Below are positions 48,122-56,411 of a stretch of DNA of 64,000 nucleotides, piece after piece. Below the pieces are notes generated by a model. It was not told the DNA's origin. It made no database searches and saw nothing but the letters and a program-made list of their open reading frames with translations. Source of the DNA: an uncultured Elusimicrobia bacterium. GTDB taxonomy: Bacteria > Elusimicrobiota > Endomicrobiia > DTEH01. The stretch's first letter is position 1. Each line of letters starts with the position of its first letter. The position numbers were made by a program, and so were the translations under genes. The stretch is from positions 3,248 to 67,247 of the forward strand of contig CAZLOB010000070.1 of the NCBI GenBank assembly GCA_964561135.1, read 5' to 3'.

Positions 48122-48224
48122 TGTAGGGCAAACCTTCTGGTTTGCAATATATTACGCAAGGCTAAAGCCTTGCCCTACAAGTAAAAAAATGATATACAAA
48201 TGTAGGGTAAACTTTTAAGTTTGT
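48122..48224. repeat. TGTAGGGCA-family hairpin elements (three units)
   Basis: tgtagggcaaacc-ttct-ggtttgc (48122-48145), gcaaggc-taaa-gccttgccctaca (48156-48179), tgtagggtaaac-ttttaa-gtttgt (48201-48224). Confidence 0.8.
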
Positions 48225-48232
48225 TTAATAAC

Positions 48233-49648
48233 ATGCAAAATTTATACAGAAAAATTTTTTTTACAACAACAAAATATGTTTTTTTAAGAAACTTTTTTAT
48301 GTGTATTACTGGGCTTCTCAACATTTTTATTGTCCGTTTACTTGGTCCTTCTGAGTATGGAAAATATTCGTTAGTATGGCAACTTATTGCTACAATAGGA
48401 CCAATTCTTTCTTTAGGATGGCAATCAACACTTGCAAGATTTATACCTGAAAAAAATGATGTAGAAAAAAAAGTTTTGTTCACACAGAGTTTTTTAAGTG
48501 TTTTAGTAGTGTCTTTTATATTTTTTCTTTTTGGATTTTTTATTATTCAATTTTTTCCAAAAATTATACCTATAGAAATTAAAAATTTAAAATTTATTTT
48601 TTTAACATTTATAATCTTGGTAGCATTTTTTAATGTTTTTGAAGGTTTTTGGCGTGGATTAGGAAAGTTTAACGATTGGACAATTATTGATGGTATCCGT
48701 TCAAACTTGTCTTATGTTTTAGCAGTACTTTTATTAATTTTGGGTTCTAAATATTATCAAACGATATTGTATAGTAGTTTTGTATTTGCATTATTTTTTG
48801 CAGTTTTAATAATTTTTTGGTTAAAGAATTATTTTTATTTGGATACTAAATTTTTTCAAATAGAAAAAGAAGTTATAAAATTTGCTTTTTTTATGTTTGT
48901 TGGTCAGATAAGTTATCTTTTTATTTCAACTATAGATTTGGTTTTACTTCGTGCTATGTTGAAAGATTCTACTGAAGTTGGCATTTATAGCGCAGGTATA
49001 AGAATACCAAAGATGATTGAAACAATGTTTATAGGTGTTTTGCCAACACCATTTCTTTATTATTTTACATCACAAGAAACCAAACATTTGAAAGGAAAAA
49101 TTTTAGAGTTTGGAAGTAGATTTCTTGCTGTAATTTTTGGTTTTGTTTCAACAGTTTTATTTTCTTTCTCAAGAGAGATAATTTTAATCCTTTTTGGTCA
49201 ACAATATGCTAATAGTGTCTTTGTTCTTCAAATATTTTGTTTTACCTTGTTTATTTTAGCATTTCTTATTTTGTTTTCTTCATATTTTTATTCAATTAAT
49301 AAACCTCAAATTCTTTTGGTCCTAGGAATACTTCACTTTGTTTTGATTAGTTTGTTTAGTTTTTTGTTAATACCAAAATATAAATCACAAGCACCTGCTA
49401 TAAGTTATATTTTTAGCTTGTTAGTTTACACTATTGTGGTTTTGTTTATTGTTAAAGACTTTAAATTTTTTAAAAATTTTGTTTCTATCGTTTTAGTAAT
49501 TTTAATTTCATATTTTTTGAGTAAAAATTTTTTAATTTATTTAATGCCAATTATTTATTTTGTTTTAATATTTTTATTCAAAATAATTAAATTTTTTGAA
49601 GTTGGAAAGTTTATAGGGTTTTTAAAAGATAGATATGAAATTACATGA
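48233..49648 (+). CDS. polysaccharide flippase (Wzx/MOP superfamily)
   Basis: ~12-14 TM segments and a typical N-terminal region ..NIFIVRLLGPSEYGKYSLVWQL. First ATG at 48233. Confidence 0.75.
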   Translation: MQNLYRKIFFTTTKYVFLRNFFMCITGLLNIFIVRLLGPSEYGKYSLVWQLIATIGPILSLGWQSTLARFIPEKNDVEKKVLFTQSFLSVLVVSFIFFLFGFFIIQFFPKIIPIEIKNLKFIFLTFIILVAFFNVFEGFWRGLGKFNDWTIIDGIRSNLSYVLAVLLLILGSKYYQTILYSSFVFALFFAVLIIFWLKNYFYLDTKFFQIEKEVIKFAFFMFVGQISYLFISTIDLVLLRAMLKDSTEVGIYSAGIRIPKMIETMFIGVLPTPFLYYFTSQETKHLKGKILEFGSRFLAVIFGFVSTVLFSFSREIILILFGQQYANSVFVLQIFCFTLFILAFLILFSSYFYSINKPQILLVLGILHFVLISLFSFLLIPKYKSQAPAISYIFSLLVYTIVVLFIVKDFKFFKNFVSIVLVILISYFLSKNFLIYLMPIIYFVLIFLFKIIKFFEVGKFIGFLKDRYEIT

Positions 49649-50363
49649 AGTTATTTGGACAAAACAAAAAATCAAAGATTTGTGGCAAATTTATGAGAAT
49701 GTTTTTGAATTAGAACAAGATAGATTTTTGGATGAAAACTTTTACATTAATCTTTTAAACTATGTGAAAAAATTTGTTAGACAAAAAGGAAAAGTATTAG
49801 ACATTGGTTGTGGTGTAGGGACATTAATTAATATGCTCTATAATAGAGGATACGATTGTTATGCAACAACTTTAAACGAAGAAAGTTTAAATATGTTAAA
49901 ACAAAAGTTTTCAAATAAAAAAATTAATTTTTATGTAGCTGACATCACTGAGTTACCTTTTAAAAATGACTTTTTTGATTACATTTTTGCAACTGAAGTT
50001 TTGGAACATTTGTTAGACAAAGATTTAATTTTGGGATTAAAAGAAGTAAAAAGAGTTTTAAAACCGCAAGGAAAATTTATAATTACTGTTCCATATAAAG
50101 AAAAATTGCAGAAAGTAGTGTGTCCTGATTGTGGGGCTGTTTTTGTAGCATCACAACATATGAGAGTTTTTAATGAAGAGGTAATGTTCAATATATTACA
50201 TACAGTTGGATTTGATATAAAATATTGTAAACTTGTAGCTAAAATTCCTATTTCAGGTAATTTTTTAAAGGATAGTTTTAAAAAACTTTTAGCTCTTATA
50301 GATAAAAGAATAATTTCTTTTATGTACGGAAGTGCTTTTATTACAGTGGCAATAAAAATGTAG
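49635..50363 (+). CDS. class I SAM-dependent methyltransferase
   Basis: VLDIGCGVGTL, FDYIFATEVLEHL, LKPQGKFII. Confidence 0.8.
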   Translation: MKLHEVIWTKQKIKDLWQIYENVFELEQDRFLDENFYINLLNYVKKFVRQKGKVLDIGCGVGTLINMLYNRGYDCYATTLNEESLNMLKQKFSNKKINFYVADITELPFKNDFFDYIFATEVLEHLLDKDLILGLKEVKRVLKPQGKFIITVPYKEKLQKVVCPDCGAVFVASQHMRVFNEEVMFNILHTVGFDIKYCKLVAKIPISGNFLKDSFKKLLALIDKRIISFMYGSAFITVAIKM

Positions 50364-50366
50364 ACT

Positions 50367-51326
50367 TTGGTTGAAATTATAAAGAAAATGAACATTCTTT
50401 TAGTTTATCTTAGACGTAAATGGTCTGTTGTTGAATATTTTGAGAAAGCATTAAGGAAGATCGCTGATGTTGAAGTTTTTGATTTTGCTAACACGCCGTA
50501 TTGGGGTGATTTTAGGTTTAAACTGCCATTTTATATACCTAAAGGAATACCAGTATCTGTAAAAAATGTTTTGAAAAAATTCAATAAGAAATTTGATTTA
50601 ATAATAGAGGTGACCTCAGCAGGACAATATCATCTGGTTGGATATAAGAAAGTAGATATTCCTAAGATTTTATGGGCTACTGATGTTTATCGATTTGATC
50701 AAAGAAAGTTCATGTTATGGATGAAAGATGATTTTGACTACATTTTTTCTTCACAAAAAAATTTTTTAGAAATATTTAAGCCAAAAAAGGTCTTTTGGTT
50801 ACCATATGCAGCTGATCCTGAAATTTATAAAAAGTTTAATTTACCAAAAGTTTATGACATTGTTTTTGTGGGGAATATTAATCCATCAGTATATTCTGAG
50901 AGAGTAAGATTATTAAAACTAATTGGTGAAAGGTTTAACTTAAAAGTTTTTACTAATATTTATGGTGAAGATGTGGCAAAAATTTATTCTCAAGCAAAAA
51001 TTGTTTTTAATAAATCTTTAGCTGGTAAGTTAAACATGCGTGTATTTGAAGCTCTTGCAACAGGAAGTTTTCTTTTAACTGATAGATTAAAACCTGAGGT
51101 AGGACTTGAAGAACTTTTTGAAGATAAAAAACACCTTGTATTATATGAAAACGAAAAAGACTTGTTAGAAAAAATTGATTACTATTTAAGACATGTATCA
51201 GAACGCGAAGAGATTGCTTTTAATGGTTACAACGAAGTTTTACAAAAACATACATATGACTTGCGTGCTAAACAAATGTTAAAAATGGTTTATAATAGTT
51301 ATGAAATACCATCGCCAAAATTATGA
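50367..51326 (+). CDS. CgeB-family glycosyltransferase-like protein
   Basis: IVFVGNINPSVYSERVRLLK, NMRVFEALATGSFLLTD. Start may be ATG 50388. Confidence 0.65.
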   Translation: MVEIIKKMNILLVYLRRKWSVVEYFEKALRKIADVEVFDFANTPYWGDFRFKLPFYIPKGIPVSVKNVLKKFNKKFDLIIEVTSAGQYHLVGYKKVDIPKILWATDVYRFDQRKFMLWMKDDFDYIFSSQKNFLEIFKPKKVFWLPYAADPEIYKKFNLPKVYDIVFVGNINPSVYSERVRLLKLIGERFNLKVFTNIYGEDVAKIYSQAKIVFNKSLAGKLNMRVFEALATGSFLLTDRLKPEVGLEELFEDKKHLVLYENEKDLLEKIDYYLRHVSEREEIAFNGYNEVLQKHTYDLRAKQMLKMVYNSYEIPSPKL

Positions 51327-52011
51327 TATAGACAAAATTTGTCCGCTTTGGGCAGATTATCAAGTAGTACAATTGATTACACCTGGTTCAACAATTTTAG
51401 AAATAGGTTGTGCAACAGGATATATTGGAAAGTTTTTAAAGGAAAAAAGGAATTGTAAAATGTATGCTGTAGAAATTGATAAAGAAGCAGCAGAACTTGC
51501 AAGACCATATTATGAAGAAATTATTGTTGGTGATGTTGAAGACGAAGAAATTTTAAAACAACTGCCAACAAAATTTTTTGATTACATATTATGTATGAAC
51601 GTTTTAGAACATCTAAAATGGCCACAAAAGGTTTTGGTAAATTTAAAAAAATTTCTTAAAGATGATGGTTGTTTGATCGCTTGTATTCCTAATGTTGCTC
51701 ATTGGTCAATACGACTTAAACTTTTATTTGGCAACTTTGATTATGAAAAAGGACTGTTTGGGAGTGATCATGGTATAGCTTTATTAGATAAGACGCATTT
51801 GCGATTTTTCACTTTAAAGACGATGAAGAAAATGTTTTTAGAAACTGGTTTCAAAATTGAATTTATTTCTTTTGATCCTGATAAAGGTATTCCTAAACTT
51901 CATGGTTTTTTTTTACGAATACCTACTGGGTGGAAAATTCTGAAATTTTTTTACTCTTTATGGCCAACATTATTTGCAGGACAGTTTGTTTTTAAATTGA
52001 AACTTAAATAA
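51301..52011 (+). CDS. class I SAM-dependent methyltransferase
   Basis: ILEIGCATGYIG, FDYILCMNVLEHL, LKDDGCLI. Confidence 0.78.
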   Translation: MKYHRQNYDIDKICPLWADYQVVQLITPGSTILEIGCATGYIGKFLKEKRNCKMYAVEIDKEAAELARPYYEEIIVGDVEDEEILKQLPTKFFDYILCMNVLEHLKWPQKVLVNLKKFLKDDGCLIACIPNVAHWSIRLKLLFGNFDYEKGLFGSDHGIALLDKTHLRFFTLKTMKKMFLETGFKIEFISFDPDKGIPKLHGFFLRIPTGWKILKFFYSLWPTLFAGQFVFKLKLK

Positions 52012-52026
52012 AGAAAATTTTAAGAA

Positions 52027-53157
52027 ATGAAAATAGATATAGTTATTCCATTTTTTTATCCAATAATAGGTGGAGCAGAAATGTATGCTTTTGAATTATC
52101 TAAAAGACTGGTTAAAAGAGGATATCATATTAAAGCTCATACCTCTATTTTTAGTTTGTCAAATGATAAATTTACCGAGTACGATGAAGTTGAAGGGATA
52201 AAGATATTTAGGTATAGACCATTTTTTAGAAAGTATTATTATTTTTGGTTTTGGATGCCAAAAATAATAGATACTGACATACTTCATGTTATGGGATACG
52301 GACATATGTGTTTTAGTTTGACAATTTATAAATACCATAAAAAATTCCCAATCATTAACACTCCAATAGGTGTTTCAGCTCTTATTGAAGGTCCTAAATC
52401 GAAATGGTTAAGAAGACAATACGATAAATTTATAGGAGTAAAACAACTTAAAATATGCAAAAAAATAATAGTTTTGGCAGACGAAGAAAAAGAATGGTGT
52501 ATAAAAAGAGGAATAAGTGAAGAAAAAATAAAAAAAATTCCCGTGGGAATACCTGAGGAAAGTTTTATTGCTTATAATTCAGAGAAAATAAGAAAAAAAT
52601 ATAATCTCAAAAAATATATTTTATACTTAGGTAGGATACATATACAAAAGGGAATTGCTGATCTTTTGAAAGCGTATGAATTGGTTGCTAGAAAGTTTAA
52701 TGATGTTGAGTTAGTTATTGTTGGTCCTGACGGAGGTTATTTAAACGATGCTAAAAAGTTAGTAAACGATTTTAATTTAGGAAATAGAGTAAAGTTTATT
52801 GGTTTTGTTCCAAATGAAGAGAAATATGAAATTGTTGCAGGATGTGAGTTTATGGTTTTACCAAGCAAATATGAATTACAAGGGATAGTGTTGTTAGAAG
52901 CAATGACACAAGGTAAACCTGTAATTGCTACAAACGTGGGTGGAATACCCGATTTTGTTAAAGACGGGATAAATGGGTTTTTAATAAACTATGGTGATAT
53001 AGAAGCTTTAGCTGATCGTATGTTAGTTTTGCTTACAAATGAAGAATTAAGAAAGAGGATGGGAGAAAATGCAAAAATTACTGCTAAAGGGTATCATTGG
53101 GATAAAATTATAGATGAATATGAAAAATTATATAAAGAAGTGTTAATGAATAAATGA
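52027..53157 (+). CDS. glycosyltransferase, GT4-like (GT-B fold)
   Basis: GGAEMYAFELSKRL, LPSKYELQGIVLLEAMTQGKPVIATNVGGIPDFV. Confidence 0.85.
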   Translation: MKIDIVIPFFYPIIGGAEMYAFELSKRLVKRGYHIKAHTSIFSLSNDKFTEYDEVEGIKIFRYRPFFRKYYYFWFWMPKIIDTDILHVMGYGHMCFSLTIYKYHKKFPIINTPIGVSALIEGPKSKWLRRQYDKFIGVKQLKICKKIIVLADEEKEWCIKRGISEEKIKKIPVGIPEESFIAYNSEKIRKKYNLKKYILYLGRIHIQKGIADLLKAYELVARKFNDVELVIVGPDGGYLNDAKKLVNDFNLGNRVKFIGFVPNEEKYEIVAGCEFMVLPSKYELQGIVLLEAMTQGKPVIATNVGGIPDFVKDGINGFLINYGDIEALADRMLVLLTNEELRKRMGENAKITAKGYHWDKIIDEYEKLYKEVLMNK

Positions 53158-54347
53158 AAATAGCGTTTAATGCAATACGTGTTTCAAATAAAGCAGGCTC
53201 AGGGTTTGATACTTTTATTATAAACTTTGTTAACGAATTCGCAAAATATGTATATTCGAATAAGTTAGATATTGATTTTGATGTTTATACTTTATATCCA
53301 AAACATTTTCCTGAAGTAAAAAAAGAAAATATAAAACAAGTAAAAATACCATTTATAAAACAAGATAAAAAAGTATATAAACCAAATCAAACAAAACATA
53401 AAAATCTTTCTCACCTTTTCACTTTCTCACTTTCTCACTTTCTTCCTCGTTTACTCAAACACTTCCTTGCTGACTATTTCCGTATGTTTTGGACACAGTT
53501 TGTTTTTCCATTTTATGCGAGAAAATACGATTTAACAGTTGCATTGACAGAATATGATGCTTGTTTGTTTTTAAACAAACAAATTGTTATTATACATAAT
53601 ACAGTACCGTTTTTGTTTCCAATGTTTCCTGCTAAATATAAGTTTTATACTTATAAACTGTTACCAAAAATTCTGAAAAGATGTCAAAAAATAATTGCTG
53701 TTTCTAATACCTTAAAAGATGAATTAATTAAAATGTTTTCACTTGAAGCACAAAAAATTTTTGTTGTTTATGAAGGTGTTGACACAAGAATTTTTCATCC
53801 TGCAGAAGAAGATGAAATTTTATCGATTAAAAAACAGTATGGAATTAAAACTGATTTCATTTTGATTGTAGGGCACAGTCATCCAGTAAAAAATTTTACT
53901 GGTGTTATTGAAGCGTTAAAAATAGTATTAAAGAAACATAAAGTAAAATTAGTTGTTGCAGGGTTATTTGAAAAGAAATTCACAATAAACGATAACATAA
54001 TTTACATTGGTCATGTACAAAATTCACAGCTTTATATTCTTTACTCAGCAGCAAAATGTTTTGTCTTTGCTACTTTACATGAAGGATTTGGTTTACCACC
54101 GCTTGAAGCGATGGCTTGTGGTTGTTCTGTAGTTGTTTCGGATAAAGGTTCGTTACCTGAAGTGTGTGGTGATGCTGCTATATATGTTGACCCGTATGAT
54201 CCACAAAGTATTGCTGATGGTATAATTAAAGTTTTATCTGATGAAAATTTGCGACAAAAATTAATACAAAAAGGGTTTGAACAGGTTAAAAAATTTTCTT
54301 GGGAACAATCAGTTGAGAAATTTTTAAAAGTGTTGACTTCTTCTTAG
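53154..54347 (+). CDS. glycosyltransferase, GT4-like (GT-B fold)
   Basis: ATLHEGFGLPPLEAMACGCSVVVSDKGSLPEV. Contains an in-frame CACTTTCT repeat insert. Confidence 0.85.
   Translation: MKIAFNAIRVSNKAGSGFDTFIINFVNEFAKYVYSNKLDIDFDVYTLYPKHFPEVKKENIKQVKIPFIKQDKKVYKPNQTKHKNLSHLFTFSLSHFLPRLLKHFLADYFRMFWTQFVFPFYARKYDLTVALTEYDACLFLNKQIVIIHNTVPFLFPMFPAKYKFYTYKLLPKILKRCQKIIAVSNTLKDELIKMFSLEAQKIFVVYEGVDTRIFHPAEEDEILSIKKQYGIKTDFILIVGHSHPVKNFTGVIEALKIVLKKHKVKLVVAGLFEKKFTINDNIIYIGHVQNSQLYILYSAAKCFVFATLHEGFGLPPLEAMACGCSVVVSDKGSLPEVCGDAAIYVDPYDPQSIADGIIKVLSDENLRQKLIQKGFEQVKKFSWEQSVEKFLKVLTSS
53406..53446 (-). repeat. octad repeat (reverse complement GAGAAAGT-type) inside a glycosyltransferase CDS
   Basis: ctttctcaccttttcactttctcactttctcactttcttcc, encoding NLSHLFTFSLSHFLP. 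Confidence 0.7.
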
Positions 54348-54400
54348 TATTTATTGTATTTTTAAATTACGAAGTTTAAAACAAGAAGCAAAAGTCTACG

Positions 54401-54694
54401 TCACTTACATTAGAAGAAAGGGTTTCATATTTAGAAGGATGTGTTGTATGAATAGAAGATGCGGTTAAAAGAATTGAGTATAGTATATAGTCTTTCTCAA
54501 CATATTGATCGTTTAGAAGAAACAATGGAAAGATGATTTGAACTTTTAGAAGCAAGAATAGTAGGTGTTGAAGGACGTTTTGAAGCGATTGATAGAGGTC
54601 TTGAGATGATTGATAAAAAGTTTAATTGGGTAATAGGTATTATGTTTTCTCTTGGCTTACATTATTTATAGCTATTTTGCTAAGAGTAAAATAA
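54401..54694 (+). pseudogene. decayed copy of the coiled-coil/C-terminal-TM small protein gene at 54731..55018
   Basis: Fragments SLTLEERVSYLEGCVV*IEDAVKRIEYSI*, LSQHIDRLEETMER*FELLEARIVGVEGRFEAIDRGLEMIDKKFNWVIGIMFSLGL, ..FIAILLRVK* require at least 3 stops and at least 2 frameshifts. Collinear with the downstream copy. Confidence 0.6.
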
Positions 54695-54820
54695 AGCGGT
54701 ATAAAATTTTATCTCTTAAAGAAAAAAAGTATGCCCCAGATATTAGAAGAAAGAGTTTTGTATTTATAGGGTAAAGTTGAGGGTGGGGAGGGGCCTATTA
54801 AGAAGATTAGTACAGATATT

Positions 54821-55018
54821 TTGATACTTTCAGAATGTATTGACCATCTTGAAGTAACAATTGATAACAGGTTTGATGTGTTAGAAGAAGGAATTGATAG
54901 AAGGTTTGAATCAATAGATAGGCGATTCGAATTAATTGATAAGAAATTCAACTGGGTTATTGGACTTATATTTTCTTCCTGGATAACACTTTTTTTAGCT
55001 ATTGTGTTGAAGCGATAA
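54821..55018 (+). CDS. small coiled-coil protein with C-terminal TM anchor (RFExID repeats); possibly truncated
   Basis: Track ORF (TTG start): IDNRFDVLEEGIDRRFESIDRRFELIDKKFNWVIGLIFSSWITLFLAIVLKR. The frame extends upstream to ATG 54731 but is broken by TAG 54767-54769. Confidence 0.45.
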   Translation: MILSECIDHLEVTIDNRFDVLEEGIDRRFESIDRRFELIDKKFNWVIGLIFSSWITLFLAIVLKR

Positions 55019-55060
55019 TTAGCAAAGTTGAAAAATTACAAAGAGGAGGGCAAAAATTTT

Positions 55061-56092
55061 ATGTCAAGAGAAGAAAAATTAAAGGCACTTAATCTTGCAA
55101 TTTCACAAATTGAGAAAGAATTTGGTAAAGAAGCTATAATAAAATTAGGTGAGAAAAAAACTCTTGCTGTTGAAGTTATACCAACAGGTGTGCTAACTTT
55201 AGATTTAGCGATAGGTGTCGGAGGTGTACCAAGAGGAAGAGTAATAGAAATCTTTGGTCCAGAGGCATCTGGTAAAACAACATTGGCATTAACAATAGCA
55301 GCTGAGGCTCAAAAACAAGGTGGTATTGCTGCAATGATTGATGCTGAACATGCTTTTGATCCAAGGTTCGCAAAAATTCTTGGGGTAGATGTTGAAAATC
55401 TTTATGTTTCACAACCAGATTATGGCGAGCAAGCACTTGAAATTGCTGAAACGCTTGTCCGAAGTAACAGTGTTGATGTAGTGATTGTAGATTCGGTAGC
55501 AGCCTTAGTGCCAAAAGCTGAACTTGAGGGAGAAATGGGTGAAACACAAATTGGGCTACAAGCACGTCTTATGTCGCAAGCGTTAAGAAAACTTGCCGCT
55601 GCTGTAAATAAATCAAAGTCAATCATAATTTTTATAAATCAAATAAGACAAAAAATAGGTGTTGTATACGGTTCACCTGAAACAACAACAGGTGGCCTAG
55701 CATTAAAATTTTATGCTTCGTTACGACTTGAAGTGAGAAGAGGCGATTCTATAAAATCTGGTGATGAGACAATAGGTTATTGGGTAAAAGTGAAGGTTGC
55801 AAAAAATAAAGTTGCGCCACCGTTTAAAGAAACAACTTATGAATTTTATTTCCAGAAAGGTATTGATAGAATAGGTGCTGTATTAGACGCTGCTGTTGAA
55901 GAAGGATTAATAGAGAAAGCTGGTTCTTGGTATACATATAAAAACGAAAAATTAGGGCAGGGAAGAGAACAAGTTAAAAATTTTCTTATAAACAATCCTG
56001 AAGTTGTAAAAGAAATTGAGACAACAATAAGAAAAAAATATTTTGCTCAAGAGGAACAAAAGGGACAGGAAGAAAAACAATCAAAAAAATAA
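55061..56092 (+). CDS. recA: recombinase A
   Basis: [51 protein letters not shown] agaggaggg 55042-55050 supports ATG 55061. Confidence 0.95.
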   Translation: MSREEKLKALNLAISQIEKEFGKEAIIKLGEKKTLAVEVIPTGVLTLDLAIGVGGVPRGRVIEIFGPEASGKTTLALTIAAEAQKQGGIAAMIDAEHAFDPRFAKILGVDVENLYVSQPDYGEQALEIAETLVRSNSVDVVIVDSVAALVPKAELEGEMGETQIGLQARLMSQALRKLAAAVNKSKSIIIFINQIRQKIGVVYGSPETTTGGLALKFYASLRLEVRRGDSIKSGDETIGYWVKVKVAKNKVAPPFKETTYEFYFQKGIDRIGAVLDAAVEEGLIEKAGSWYTYKNEKLGQGREQVKNFLINNPEVVKEIETTIRKKYFAQEEQKGQEEKQSKK

Positions 56093-56126
56093 TTTGTGCT
56101 TACCAATAAAAAAATAAATGTAGAAC

Positions 56127-56158
56127 ATCTTGTCTTATGACAATACAAGATTTTTTTT
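56127..56158 (+). terminator. rho-independent terminator after recA
   Basis: atcttgt (56127-56133) / acaagat (56145-56151), followed by T8. Confidence 0.65.
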
Positions 56159-56400
56159 CTTTCGGTATAAATTGGAGAAATTATGTTAAGAATGTTGTAA
56201 ACGAGTATGTAATAGAACAAGCAAAGAAAAGTTTGTTAAAATACCTGCCTCAAGAGAGGTTTGAGAACAAAATATTTATAGATGTAAGCTGTGGTAGCGA
56301 TAGTTTTTCTTTAGCTAAAAAGTTATAAGTTTTGATTAGGCGATAAAAGATTTACAAAAAATATATTTAACATCTTAAGAGCTAGCTGCAAATACTGGTT
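56137..56400 (+). pseudogene. remnant of a class I SAM methyltransferase
   Basis: Track ORF ends ..KIFIDVSCGSDSFSLAKKL*. The next frame continues KVISFD*AIKDL (GxGxG-like motif then a GAKKVIxxD-like strand). The 5' end lies inside the recA terminator. Confidence 0.4.
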
Positions 56401-56411
56401 GTAACGAGTTT

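Noticed and set aside
54767-54769. Stop-codon reassignment or programmed read-through at the in-frame TAG
   Set aside because: TAG terminates several well-supported genes here, for example the RumA-family methyltransferase at 21852, rpmB at 24667 and the glycosyltransferase at 54347. The neighbouring paralog is clearly decayed, so a pseudogene or re-initiation is more parsimonious.
56137-56328. Intact 63-aa protein-coding gene after recA
   Set aside because: Its start lies inside the recA terminator hairpin. It ends right after a degenerate SAM-binding motif, and the similarity continues in another frame. It is treated as a methyltransferase remnant.
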